A DNA stretch of 64,000 bases from the NCBI GenBank assembly GCA_050951585.1, contig JBMNJI010000012.1, positions 1,556-65,555 of the forward strand, in the 5' to 3' direction. The translations under genes and the position numbers were made by a program. The notes beneath the pieces were generated by a model. The model saw only the letters and a list, made by a program, of their open reading frames with translations. It made no database searches and was not told where the DNA came from. Within the stretch, counting starts at the first letter, position 1. Each line of letters opens with the position of its first letter. The DNA is from Peptococcia bacterium (GTDB lineage Bacteria > Bacillota > Peptococcia > DRI-13 > DTU073). Shown here piece after piece: positions 38,056 to 48,134 of this stretch.

Positions 38056-41000
38056 ATGCTACGATTGATTATCGGCAGATCCGGAGCGGGAAAAACCAGG
38101 CAGTGTCTGGCGGAAATAGCGACTAAGGAACAAGCGGACGCAAGGACAAACTGTATTTATCTTGTTCCCGAGCAAGGCTCTTTTCATGCCGAAAAAAGCC
38201 TCTTAAAGCATGTCCAAAAAGGGGCAATGACAAGCGGTACCTTTCGTGCCCAAGTACTCAGCTTTCAGCGGCTGGCCTGGCGCGTTCTGCAAGAAACGGG
38301 GGGCGGCTTGGCTACGCCCCTTGATGATCTGGGGAAGGCCCTGTTACTCAAGCACATTATTGAGAAAAATAAAGCCCATTTTAAAGTATTTGCGCGGGTC
38401 ATGGACAGACCCGGTTTTTTGGAGCAATTAGTGCGGACTCTTTCGGAGATGAAGATTTACCAGATTTCCCCTGAACAGTTAGCAAGTCTTTGCGGCGAAA
38501 CGGAGGAGGACATGCTCGTTGGCTTGGAGGGAAAGCTGGCGGAATTCACTTTTATTTATCAACAATTTGAAGCATATATTACCGAGCGGTATTTGGATAT
38601 TGATGATAATTTGGAGTTGCTTACCGCACGGCTACATAAGGCGGTTTTTCTGTGCAAGGCCGAGGTGTGGATAGATGGCTTTGATGGTTTTACCCCGCAG
38701 GAATATGCGGTCATTCGCGAATTAATGTTGCACTGCCCGGCGGTAAATATTACCTTATGCCTGGCCAAAGAACATCTGCGGCAAAAGCTGCCGGAGACCC
38801 ATGTTTTTTTCCAGCCCTGGGATACATATCAGCATTTGCGCGGTTTGGCGGCGGAGATTGGCTGCGCGGTGGGAGAGACAGTGTTACTGCCGGAGCCGCA
38901 GGAAAGGCGTTTTGCGGGTGCGGGGAGCGGGCACCTGGCGTTGTTGGAAGAGAGCTTTTTAGGCTCTGTTGCGCCTGTGGCGGGGCCCGTGGAAGGAATC
39001 AGGTTACGGGCAGCCGCCAACCGGCGGGCCGAGGTGGAAGAAGCTGCGGCCGAGATTCTCGCTCTCTGTCGGGATAAAGGACTGCGCTATCAGGATATCG
39101 CGGTGCTATTACGTGATTTTACCAATTATGAGGATTTGCTGGCCAATGTCTTTCGGGATTATGAGATCCCGTATTTTTTAGATATGAAAAAACCGGTTCG
39201 TCACCATCCTTTACCGGACTTAATTCAAGCAGTGCTGGAGGTTGTCCAGGGTGGTTGGCGCTATGAGCCTCTTTTTCGGGCGCTGAAAACCGACCTCTTA
39301 GGCATATCCCGTCAGGAAACGGCTCTGTTAGAGAATTATTGTTTGGCCCATGGGCTGAAAGGCAGTCGCTGGACAGACGGTAAGCCTTGGGAGTATCGTT
39401 CCGGTTTCCGGTGGGATGAAGGGAAAGACGAGCAGAGAGAAAGTATTTTGGAAGAGAAGCTGTTGCGACAGGTCAATCGTGCCCGCACGAAAGTCGTGGC
39501 GATGCTGCTTCCTTTTCAGCAGGCTTTACAGGCGGCGCAGACCGGGCGGGCCTTTAGTGAAGCGTTATTTGTCTTTTTGACACGCATGGAAGTGGTGGAA
39601 ACATTAGAACGCTGGAGTAATAAGGCGGAAACTGAGGGCGAGTTGGAGGAGGCACGGCTCCATCTTGCGGTCTGGCAAAAAATCCTGGACTTGCTTGATA
39701 GTCTGGTGGGGGTTTTGGGAGAGCAGGAGATGACCTTAGCGGAGTTTACGCAGGTGGTGACCGGCGGACTGGAAACCTTGGAGCTGGGCTTAATTCCTCC
39801 CGGGCTGGATCAGGTGCTGGTGGGCTCGGTTGACCGTTCCCGTCACCCGGACTTGAAAGCTGTGTTGATTCTTGGCGTTAATGAAGGGATATTTCCGGCG
39901 CGGGCGGTAGAAAACGGTTTATTCAGTGATGAAGAAAAACTGTTCTTTCAGGAACGGCAGATCAAGATGGCCCCGACCACGGAGAAAAAGCTTTATGCGG
40001 AGCAGTTTTTAATTTATCGGGCGCTGACGGCCGCGAAGCAATATTTAACGCTGAGTTTTGCCATGGCTGATGCGGAAGGGAAAGCCCTCGCCCCATCACC
40101 TTTGCTCAAGAGGATTGAGGAGCTTTTTCCGGGGGTCACTGTTAATTTTGTCTCCGCAGAGAAGAACAGCGGGGACGGGAACAATTCGGATGGGCAGTCC
40201 GACCTGCTCATGGCTGAAGAACTGGTGACCTGTCCGCGCCCGACCCTCAGCCGTCTGGCGGTAGAATTGCGGCAGGCGGTGGCCGGGCAGAGGATTGACC
40301 CCGGCTGGTGGGAGGTATACAACTGGTATCTTGGGAAGGAAGAATGGGCGGAGTCTTTAGCCAGGATAGTGCAGGGTTTGTTTTATCGGCTGGAAGAGGC
40401 CCGTCTGCCGTACGACCTGGTGAAAAGTCTGTATGGGGCGGCCGGAATCTTGCGGACCAGTGTTTCCCGGCTGGAGAAGTTTCAGGCCTGTCCTTTTGCC
40501 CATTTTTTGACCTATGGCTTAAAGCTGCGGGAAAGAGCGGAATTCCAGGCGGGTGCACCAGACCTGGGGCAGTTTTTCCATGCCGGGCTGGAGCAGTTTT
40601 ATTATCTCCTGCGTGAGCGGGGGCTTCGCTGGGGTGAGTTGACCAAGCAGGAGATGAAAAGGCTTGTTGACGAGATCGTCGAGCAACTGGTGCCCCTTTT
40701 ACAGAATGAGGTCTTGTTAAGTACGGCCCGGTCCCGTTATTTGGTCGGAAAATTAAAGCGGATTCTCTGGCGGGCGGTAGTGGTTTTAGGTGAACATGAA
40801 CGGCAGGGGACCTTCCGCCCGGTGGGGATGGAAATAGGCTTCGGCGAAAAAGGGCAGTTACCGGGGCTCACCTTTACCTTAGCTGACGGCACCAAAATTC
40901 TTTTGCGGGGCAGAATCGACCGGGTCGATGCGGCACAGGATGAACGGGGCACGTATCTCAGGGTGATTGATTATAAGTCGGGGACCGCTTCACTAAGTCT

Positions 41001-41721
41001 TCCGGAGATCTATTACGGACTGAAGCTGCAATTGCTTACTTATTTGGATGTGGTCCTGACCCATGCGGCTTCCCTTTTGTCCGGCGGGGCGGATTCAACG
41101 GCCGGTCAGGAACAGGTAGCCGCCACTGGTAATGTTCGTTCGTCTGGCCCTGCTCCCGGACAGTCATCAGCGCCGGAGACGGTTTTACCCGGCGGCGTCT
41201 TGTATTTTAGTCTCAAAGATCCTTTGATCGCCGCGAAGGGGCCTTTGACTGAGGAGGAAATTGAGAAAAAAATCCTGGCCTCATTAAAGATGAAGGGCTA
41301 CCTCTTACAGGATGAACGTGTCGTTAGACTAATGGATCAAAATATGCAGGGGCGTTCTCTTCTTTTGCCGGTGGCGCTGACGAAGGACGGGGATTTCTAT
41401 AAAAATGCGCAGAACATTTTGTCCCGGGAGAAGTTTGACGTACTGTGCCGGCAGGTGGAGAAACAGCTTTGTACCATTGGTGATGGGATCATGGCCGGTA
41501 AGGCAGCCATTCATCCTTCCCGCTGTAACGGGAAAATCCCGTGCGGCTATTGTGCTTATGCGGCAGTATGCCGTTTTGATTTATCCGTTCCCGGGTATAC
41601 TTTCCGGCTCTTACCGGAGAAAGAGCCGGCGGAGTTGTGGGAGGAGATGGGTCTTACCCGGGAGACGGAAATTGAGATGCGGTTAAGGAACGAGGAAAAG
41701 GGGGTCGGCGGCAATGAGTAG
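38056..41721 (+). CDS. addB: ATP-dependent helicase/deoxyribonuclease subunit B
   Basis: 1221 aa with N-terminal 'GRSGAGKT'. The C-terminal nuclease has Fe-S cysteines ('CPFAHF' ... 'CGYCAYAAVC'). Overlaps the addA start. Confidence 0.9.
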   Translation: MLRLIIGRSGAGKTRQCLAEIATKEQADARTNCIYLVPEQGSFHAEKSLLKHVQKGAMTSGTFRAQVLSFQRLAWRVLQETGGGLATPLDDLGKALLLKHIIEKNKAHFKVFARVMDRPGFLEQLVRTLSEMKIYQISPEQLASLCGETEEDMLVGLEGKLAEFTFIYQQFEAYITERYLDIDDNLELLTARLHKAVFLCKAEVWIDGFDGFTPQEYAVIRELMLHCPAVNITLCLAKEHLRQKLPETHVFFQPWDTYQHLRGLAAEIGCAVGETVLLPEPQERRFAGAGSGHLALLEESFLGSVAPVAGPVEGIRLRAAANRRAEVEEAAAEILALCRDKGLRYQDIAVLLRDFTNYEDLLANVFRDYEIPYFLDMKKPVRHHPLPDLIQAVLEVVQGGWRYEPLFRALKTDLLGISRQETALLENYCLAHGLKGSRWTDGKPWEYRSGFRWDEGKDEQRESILEEKLLRQVNRARTKVVAMLLPFQQALQAAQTGRAFSEALFVFLTRMEVVETLERWSNKAETEGELEEARLHLAVWQKILDLLDSLVGVLGEQEMTLAEFTQVVTGGLETLELGLIPPGLDQVLVGSVDRSRHPDLKAVLILGVNEGIFPARAVENGLFSDEEKLFFQERQIKMAPTTEKKLYAEQFLIYRALTAAKQYLTLSFAMADAEGKALAPSPLLKRIEELFPGVTVNFVSAEKNSGDGNNSDGQSDLLMAEELVTCPRPTLSRLAVELRQAVAGQRIDPGWWEVYNWYLGKEEWAESLARIVQGLFYRLEEARLPYDLVKSLYGAAGILRTSVSRLEKFQACPFAHFLTYGLKLRERAEFQAGAPDLGQFFHAGLEQFYYLLRERGLRWGELTKQEMKRLVDEIVEQLVPLLQNEVLLSTARSRYLVGKLKRILWRAVVVLGEHERQGTFRPVGMEIGFGEKGQLPGLTFTLADGTKILLRGRIDRVDAAQDERGTYLRVIDYKSGTASLSLPEIYYGLKLQLLTYLDVVLTHAASLLSGGADSTAGQEQVAATGNVRSSGPAPGQSSAPETVLPGGVLYFSLKDPLIAAKGPLTEEEIEKKILASLKMKGYLLQDERVVRLMDQNMQGRSLLLPVALTKDGDFYKNAQNILSREKFDVLCRQVEKQLCTIGDGIMAGKAAIHPSRCNGKIPCGYCAYAAVCRFDLSVPGYTFRLLPEKEPAELWEEMGLTRETEIEMRLRNEEKGVGGNE

Positions 41722-44700
41722 TCGGAGTTGGACAGCTGAACAGGAAGCGGCAATCAATACCACCGGATGCAATCTGCTTGTTTCCGCCGCCGCCGGTGCC
41801 GGAAAAACGGCCGTTCTTGTTGAAAGAATCGTCAGAAGGATTTTGGACGAGCACCGGCCGGTTGATGTGGATAGATTACTGGTTGTCACCTTTACGAATG
41901 CGGCCGCCCGGGAAATGAAGGAAAGAATCGGGCAGGCCTTAGCGGAGCGGCTGAAAGTTAATCCCGCTGACCGGAGACTGCAAAGACAAAGCTTACTGCT
42001 GGGTAAAGCGGCGATTTCCACCTTGCATTCCTTTTGTCTGGAGTTGGTGCGCCAAAACTATTATAAACTGGCCCTTCCGCAAGGGTTAGCCCTTGATCCG
42101 CGTTTCCGTATTGCCGATGAGGTCGAAGAGATCCTGCTCCAGGCGGAGGTTTTGGAAGAATACCTGGAAGAAAAGTATGAGAGCGGCGAGCCAACTTTTC
42201 TTGCCCTGGTGGAGGCCTTTGGCGGCGAAAGAGACGATCAGGCCTTACAGGATTTAGTGCTCAAATTATATGAGTTTTCGCGCAGTCAGGCCGAGCCGGC
42301 CGCGTGGCTTGAGGCAACCGGAGAGGTTTTCCGGAGCGGATTAAGTGATGACCGGATGCAGTTTATGTTTCGGAGTCTGGCCAAAAGCATGGCGATTAGC
42401 GTGCGGGAAGCAGTTGATGCGCTGGAGATGGCGGAAAGGATCGCGGCACAGCCGGGTGGACCTGCCGTCTATCAGACCAATTTGGCCAGGGAGCGGGAGG
42501 CGCTCAGCGAACTGCTCATTTTGTGTGAACGCAATTGGCAGGCGGCTTTTGACGGATTGGCCGGCTTTCAGTTTTCGCCTTTAAAAGCCTGCCGGGCGGA
42601 GGTGGATGAGCGATTAAAAGAACAGGTGCAAGCACTGCGCAATCAGGCGAAGGAGTTAATTCGTACGCTGCAGCAGGATTATCTTGCCCGCACTCCTGCG
42701 GAACTGGTCCGGGATATGCAGGAAATGGCACCAAAGATTGAATATCTTTGCGCGATGGTACAGGAGTATTCTTTGCGTTATTTACGGGAGAAGCTGGCGC
42801 GTAATCTGCTTGATTTTAATGATCTGGAGCATTTTGCCCTGCAGTTGCTGAGAGAAAAAAAGGAGACCAAAGATGGGGCAGAATGGATACCTTCGGATTT
42901 GGCGCGTCGTCTCCGGGAAAAATATGCGGAAGTGCTGGTGGACGAATATCAGGATATTAATGCTGTTCAAGAGGCTGTGCTGACCATGGTATCCCGAGAA
43001 GGTACCGATACCCCCAATCTTTTTATGGTGGGAGATGTCAAGCAGAGCATTTATGGCTTCCGTTTGGCCGAGCCGGGGCTTTTCCTGCACAAATACCAAA
43101 ATTACAGTACGCGGGAAGGTGCTCCGGAACGAAAAATAACGCTGGCGAAAAATTTCCGGAGCCAACGCCATGTCGTCGACGGCGTAAATTTTCTCTTTCG
43201 TCAGTTAATGGTGCCCGAATTCGGGGGGATTTCCTATGACCGCGAAAACGAACTGGTTTTTGGGGCGGAAACAGCAGAAGACGCAGTTGACGCCGCCACC
43301 ACTGAGTTTAAGCCGCCTTTGGAGGTCTATTTAATTGAACGTAACCCCGCAAAGCAGGCGAATCAGGCCTCATCGCAGGCAGTGCCGCCGGAAGCATTTC
43401 AGGGGGCAGGGGAAGAAGGCCATGCGGAGTCGATGAATGTTGATCAGCAAGAGGAAGAATTAGATACCATGCAAGTGGAAGCCCGTTTAATTGGGCGCCG
43501 GATTCTGGCCTTACAAGCGGAAATGAAAGTGTGGGACCGTGAGGGGAAAAAATATCGTGCGCCGGAGTTTCGTGATATGGTGATCCTGTTACGTTCGGTC
43601 AAGACGACTGCACCTGTTTTTCTCGAAGAGTTTCGCAAGATGGGCATTCCCGTGTATGCGGAAACGGGCAGCGGCTATTTTGCCGCCCCGGAGGTGCAGG
43701 TGATGCTGTCGCTTTTGCGGGTGATTGATAATCCCTGTCAGGATATTCCGCTGACAGCGGTTCTGCTTTCACCGGTAGTGGGTCTTTCCCCTGAAGAACT
43801 GGCCCGGATTCGCCTATGCTGTCCCGGCGATTATTATCATGCGTTACGACTGGCCGCCCGTGTGGAAAAAGGAGCTTTTAAAGAAAAGCTGACCGCTTTT
43901 TTAAGGAGCTTGAGAAACTGGCGGACCTTTGCCCGGCGCAATTCCCTGGTTCAACTGATCTGGCTTTTGTATCGCGAAACCGGGTATTACGATTATGCCG
44001 GGGCGATGCCCGAAGGAAAGCAGCGTCAGGCCAATCTGCGCGCGCTGCTTGATCGGGCCAAACAGTTTGAGGATACGACCATGAAGGGGCTGTTTAAGTT
44101 TTTGCGTTTTTTGGAGCGGTTGGAAAAATCGGATCATGATCTGGGGACCGCCCGCGCCCTTGGGGAGAATGAAAATGTGGTCCGGATCATGAGCATCCAC
44201 AAGAGCAAGGGCTTGGAATTCCCCATTGTTTTTCTGGGCTGTCTGGGCAAAATGTTTAATCTCCAGGATTTACGCGGCGATGTATTGCTTGATAAGGATT
44301 TGGGCATCGGGCCGGTTTGGGTTGATCCGGAAATGCGGCTCAAGTATCCCACTTTGGCCAAATTGGTGGTGCGGGAAAAATTAAAGGAAGAGATGCTGGC
44401 CGAAGAGGTGCGGATTCTCTATGTGGCCATGACCAGAGCAAGAGACGCTTTGATTTTGGTCGGGTCGGTGCGTGATGTTGCCAGGCAGTTGCAGAAATGG
44501 AGTCAGGCCGTTTATAACAAGGGGTGGGGATTACCGGCGGCGATCTTAAATCAGCCCCGTAGTCCCTGGGATTGGATTGGTCCTTGTCTGCTCCGGCATC
44601 GTGCCGGCAAGGAATTACGTGAGGCGGCCGGTTGTCCGGCCCAAAGCTGGGACCTGGCGGAAAACGACCCCGCGCCTTGGCGCATCTATCAGCAGGATTC

Positions 44701-45574
44701 ATGGCAGTTACAAGGGGAGGAGGAAAAGGAGCAGCCGGATTATCAACGGGAGCTTACCTCCGTCCGGGACCTCTTGCCTGTTGAAAAAGTTCGGCACGAA
44801 TGTCAACCGGAAGACGAACAGGAATGTCAGCAAGAGCGCCAACAAGAACGCCAACAAGAAATCAACCGCCGCCTGAGCTGGGTCTATCCTTTTCGGATGT
44901 TGGCCGATATTCCGGCCAAGCTTTCAGTAACGGAAATCAAAAACCGCTATCAGTTTTTAACCGGTGAACAGCAGGAAAGCGAACGACTGTTCTCCTCCCG
45001 CCAATTTGCGAAGAGACCGCAATTTTTACAGCAAAAAGGCCTTTCCGCAAGCGAAAAAGGCTCTGCCCTTCATTTAGTGCTACGGCATTTGAATTTCCAG
45101 GATGCGGTAACAAGAGAGCAGGTCGCAGCCCAAATCAAGGGGATGATCGAGCGGGAATTGCTTACCCAACAGCAGGCGGAGGGCCTGAAGCCGGAGGAGA
45201 TTGTTAACTTTGCCTGTTCGCCTTTAGGAAGGAGAATCGCGGGAAACACCGAATTACAGCGGGAAGTACCCTTTACCATGATGTTACCGGCGGAGGAACT
45301 TTATCCGGTGATTAAGGGGATTGCACAGGAGAAGATAATTCTGCAAGGAACCATCGACTGTCTTTTTCCCGAGGATGGTGCATATGTTCTGGTTGATTAC
45401 AAAACCGATTTTATTCCTGTGGGGGCGGAGGATCTTTTACGCGAGCGGTACAAAATCCAGTTGGCCCTTTATGCGCGGGCCGTCGAAACAATTTTTCAAC
45501 GGCCGGTTAAGGAAAAGCTTTTGTATTCGTTTGCTTTACAGAAAGCTATCGCCATAGACCTTAGTCAATATTAA
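41714..45574 (+). CDS. addA: ATP-dependent helicase/nuclease subunit A
   Basis: 1286 aa. UvrD-type helicase ('VSAAAGAGKT', 'VDEYQDIN', 'SIHKSKGLEFP'). C-terminal RecB-type nuclease ('GTIDCLF...LVDYKTD'). Confidence 0.93.
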   Translation: MSSRSWTAEQEAAINTTGCNLLVSAAAGAGKTAVLVERIVRRILDEHRPVDVDRLLVVTFTNAAAREMKERIGQALAERLKVNPADRRLQRQSLLLGKAAISTLHSFCLELVRQNYYKLALPQGLALDPRFRIADEVEEILLQAEVLEEYLEEKYESGEPTFLALVEAFGGERDDQALQDLVLKLYEFSRSQAEPAAWLEATGEVFRSGLSDDRMQFMFRSLAKSMAISVREAVDALEMAERIAAQPGGPAVYQTNLAREREALSELLILCERNWQAAFDGLAGFQFSPLKACRAEVDERLKEQVQALRNQAKELIRTLQQDYLARTPAELVRDMQEMAPKIEYLCAMVQEYSLRYLREKLARNLLDFNDLEHFALQLLREKKETKDGAEWIPSDLARRLREKYAEVLVDEYQDINAVQEAVLTMVSREGTDTPNLFMVGDVKQSIYGFRLAEPGLFLHKYQNYSTREGAPERKITLAKNFRSQRHVVDGVNFLFRQLMVPEFGGISYDRENELVFGAETAEDAVDAATTEFKPPLEVYLIERNPAKQANQASSQAVPPEAFQGAGEEGHAESMNVDQQEEELDTMQVEARLIGRRILALQAEMKVWDREGKKYRAPEFRDMVILLRSVKTTAPVFLEEFRKMGIPVYAETGSGYFAAPEVQVMLSLLRVIDNPCQDIPLTAVLLSPVVGLSPEELARIRLCCPGDYYHALRLAARVEKGAFKEKLTAFLRSLRNWRTFARRNSLVQLIWLLYRETGYYDYAGAMPEGKQRQANLRALLDRAKQFEDTTMKGLFKFLRFLERLEKSDHDLGTARALGENENVVRIMSIHKSKGLEFPIVFLGCLGKMFNLQDLRGDVLLDKDLGIGPVWVDPEMRLKYPTLAKLVVREKLKEEMLAEEVRILYVAMTRARDALILVGSVRDVARQLQKWSQAVYNKGWGLPAAILNQPRSPWDWIGPCLLRHRAGKELREAAGCPAQSWDLAENDPAPWRIYQQDSWQLQGEEEKEQPDYQRELTSVRDLLPVEKVRHECQPEDEQECQQERQQERQQEINRRLSWVYPFRMLADIPAKLSVTEIKNRYQFLTGEQQESERLFSSRQFAKRPQFLQQKGLSASEKGSALHLVLRHLNFQDAVTREQVAAQIKGMIERELLTQQQAEGLKPEEIVNFACSPLGRRIAGNTELQREVPFTMMLPAEELYPVIKGIAQEKIILQGTIDCLFPEDGAYVLVDYKTDFIPVGAEDLLRERYKIQLALYARAVETIFQRPVKEKLLYSFALQKAIAIDLSQY

Positions 45575-45622
45575 GCTGGATTTAGTTTTAGAAACAAGAA
45601 GGAATAAATAATAGAAATTTTC

Positions 45623-45651
45623 TTGAATAGTTTTAATTTAGGGAATATAAT
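45623..45651 (+). promoter_or_regulatory. sigma-A-like promoter upstream of ART paralog 1
   Basis: TTGAAT (45623-45628), 17-nt spacer, TATAAT (45646-45651). Confidence 0.5.
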
Positions 45652-45727
45652 ATTTAGGGAGTTATCACTTTATTGTAAATTGCAGTAGATAATACAAGAA
45701 CTTTTTGCATGGAGGGATGTAGCTTCA

Positions 45728-47200
45728 ATGCAAACCAGAAAAAACCAAATAGTCGGAATAATAATAAATATTATAATAAACGGAATGATGATCCTTTGTA
45801 TTCCTGGGCCGGTTTATGGATTTGACTTGGATCTTAGAGCCTATTTTCGTACACAAGTGGAACGAAGCGACCGTTTTATTCAAAATATCGAGACCAAGGC
45901 AAACCATATCATCCAAACACCCGCAACATTAATTACTAAAATAACGCAAGGCGGTTTTTCGTTAATCGAAAAGCGGACCGGTGTAACTGAAGAGAATAAG
46001 TTGTATCAGATCGCAAAAAACGCTACCTTAAGGAAAACCGGTATTAAATTAGGAGTGGCTGAGGGTACGAAGGATTTTGTTGTAGGTAGTGTGTCTTTAT
46101 TAGCACAATTGAATACGTTACCGGCACGGACGATTAATTTGGCCTATAACGTTAAAGAAAAGCCGCGAGAGTATAAAGAGAAGGCGGTTAACGGCGTCGC
46201 GATACTGGCTGGGGTATTGGCAAATCCAAAGCCGATTCTTCACAGTGTACAGCAAAATTGGCAAAAGACTGTAGCGGAAGCACAACAGGACCCTCTTAAA
46301 ATGGGTCAATTACAAGGCGAAATAGCGGTATTTGGCGGTACTTTGTTAGTAGGTGGCGGACAAGCTAAAATAACTACTAAAGTCGGTGGACTATTGGAAA
46401 AAGCCGCTAAAATGGCGGGAACAAGTAAAGGGCTAACTGGGTTTACTTTGGGAAAACTAAGAGTTTCATCTTTAGTAAAAAATGAAGAAGCAATTTTTTC
46501 CCCTTTCACTATTCTGAATAGATTTCGGGCCATTGGAAATAAAAAAAGTAGCATTGGTAGCTATCCGCTTTCCTGGAAAGAGTTTAATAATAAATGGCTT
46601 ACTTCTTATAGCCTACCTGAAAAAATAGTAGCGGATATAAATGGCTGGGCAAAAATAACCTACACCCCATGGATGAATTCATTATCACCGCTTGAAAAGG
46701 GGGCAATAAAAAGATATACGGCATATTCGTCGCATATCAACGGTTATTTAAGAGGCACTTCGGCGAACAATATTTATTCTTTAGAGAGCATGAGATTGAG
46801 TAAGGTTATAAGTGGGGCGCTGGAGAAAAGCACGGTTTCACAAGAAATAGTTCTCTTCCGCGGCACCGACAAGCGAATGTTAGGTGATTTAAAAGATTTG
46901 CCGGGAAAAGAATTAGTTGGGAAAGTGATTAAAGACAACGGTTTTCTTGGAACGAGCATCTTTCCCAATCGTTCATTTATTGATGATTTGCTATTAGTAA
47001 TAAAAGTACCGGAAGGAACTAAAGGAGCTTGGATAGCGGGCTTGAGTAAATTCCCGCAAGAAGGGGAGTTCCTTTTAAATAAAGGGCAACAGATGAAAAT
47101 AAAGGAAGTACTTCCGATGGAGCTATTGGACGGTTTTGATGGAAGAAAATTTAATGAAGATTCTTGGATGCTGGTTGTTGATTTAATCTCGGGAAGTTAA
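45728..47200 (+). CDS. secreted C3/Vip2-like ADP-ribosyltransferase family protein, paralog 1 (type-A N-domain, type-I ART)
   Basis: 490 aa. Hydrophobic N-terminus ending 'PGPVYG|FDL', then the shared N-domain. Helical lead-in 'LSPLEKGAIKRYTAYSSHINGYLRG'. Catalytic triad 'LFRGTD' (R at 46859-46861), 'GTS' (46949-46957) and 'EGE' (47060-47068). Confidence 0.8.
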   Translation: MQTRKNQIVGIIINIIINGMMILCIPGPVYGFDLDLRAYFRTQVERSDRFIQNIETKANHIIQTPATLITKITQGGFSLIEKRTGVTEENKLYQIAKNATLRKTGIKLGVAEGTKDFVVGSVSLLAQLNTLPARTINLAYNVKEKPREYKEKAVNGVAILAGVLANPKPILHSVQQNWQKTVAEAQQDPLKMGQLQGEIAVFGGTLLVGGGQAKITTKVGGLLEKAAKMAGTSKGLTGFTLGKLRVSSLVKNEEAIFSPFTILNRFRAIGNKKSSIGSYPLSWKEFNNKWLTSYSLPEKIVADINGWAKITYTPWMNSLSPLEKGAIKRYTAYSSHINGYLRGTSANNIYSLESMRLSKVISGALEKSTVSQEIVLFRGTDKRMLGDLKDLPGKELVGKVIKDNGFLGTSIFPNRSFIDDLLLVIKVPEGTKGAWIAGLSKFPQEGEFLLNKGQQMKIKEVLPMELLDGFDGRKFNEDSWMLVVDLISGS

Positions 47201-47237
47201 GTATTTATTTTGAATACAAGCAACAAAAAATCCTTTT

Positions 47238-47900
47238 CTATATGCTTTTTTCCAAGTGATTTTTGATATCATAAAAAGTGCGGAAGGGGAGGGCAGGAAT
47301 TTGTTTTTCCCGGCAGTATTGCAAGAGCCTTCCTTTGGCAAAAATAAGGTCAGCCGCTTGGCAGCCACAGCGGTCGGAGATACCGTCACCGATATAGACT
47401 GCTTGCGCGGGCGCGGCCTCCTTTTTTAGTTTTTCGACCAGGGTTTTCTTACAGGTGCCGCATTTGCCGCAGGCAGAAGAATATGGGCAGGTCAAATCAT
47501 AAGTATGATTATCCTTGATCAGCAGGTGGTTAACGTAGGTTGGGAGATGAGTGATGCCGGCTTTTTGCATTACTGTTTGAATGTTAAAGTCAAAGCCATC
47601 ACTGAGGATATAGATTTTTTCCTTTCTAGCTTCTACATAGGCGACGAAATCACGAAAGGTCTCATCAAAGGGAATAGTCCGCAGGAAGCGTTCAGCTTCA
47701 TCGGGGGAGACCTTCAGGCGGGCAAAGATTAAGCGGGCACATTGTTCGGTTGAGAGACTCCCATTTTCCCATTGCTGCAAAATCTCTTGCCAGCCGTTGC
47801 GGGCAAAAGCTTTAACCAACGCATCGGTAGTATCCTTTTTGGTAATCGTACCATCGAAATCGGTAAAATAGATTCGTTTCATTTGTTTTGATTGATTCAT
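47238..47900 (-). CDS. HAD-IB phosphatase, MtnX-like (2-hydroxy-3-keto-5-methylthiopentenyl-1-phosphate phosphatase family)
   Basis: 'IYFTDFDGTIT' DxDxT motif, 'YILSDGFD' and 'YIGDGISD', with a Cys cluster 'CPYSSACGKCGTCK'. SD AGAAGGTG lies 5 nt upstream. Confidence 0.75.
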   Translation of the reverse strand: MNQSKQMKRIYFTDFDGTITKKDTTDALVKAFARNGWQEILQQWENGSLSTEQCARLIFARLKVSPDEAERFLRTIPFDETFRDFVAYVEARKEKIYILSDGFDFNIQTVMQKAGITHLPTYVNHLLIKDNHTYDLTCPYSSACGKCGTCKKTLVEKLKKEAAPAQAVYIGDGISDRCGCQAADLIFAKGRLLQYCREKQIPALPFRTFYDIKNHLEKSI

Positions 47901-48043
47901 CCGAACACCTTCTAAAATGATTAATTTTCATACACGGCACTTGTCATATAATCATTTTACACCATTAACCACATTATTTCACAAAGATAGTTGTTTGTTT
48001 AGTTTTTGCTCATGGGCATTGTTCAGGACCATGGTTTTGTTTA

Positions 48044-48072
48044 TTGACAGACGAGGCAATTAAGTATACTAT
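48044..48072 (+). promoter_or_regulatory. sigma-A-like promoter upstream of ART paralogs 2-7
   Basis: TTGACA (48044-48049), 17-nt spacer, TACTAT (48067-48072). Confidence 0.5.
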
Positions 48073-48134
48073 AAAAGTCAGAATTAATTAATATATTTTA
48101 TTTATTTTCAAATTGGGAGGAAGGGCTTTTCGCT

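Noticed and set aside
44831-44860. In-frame 12-bp tandem repeat (CAAGAGCGCCAA / CAAGAACGCCAA / CAAGAA) in addA, giving 'QQERQQERQQE'
   Set aside because: It is a small low-complexity expansion in a poorly conserved inter-domain segment of AddA, with no evident functional implication.
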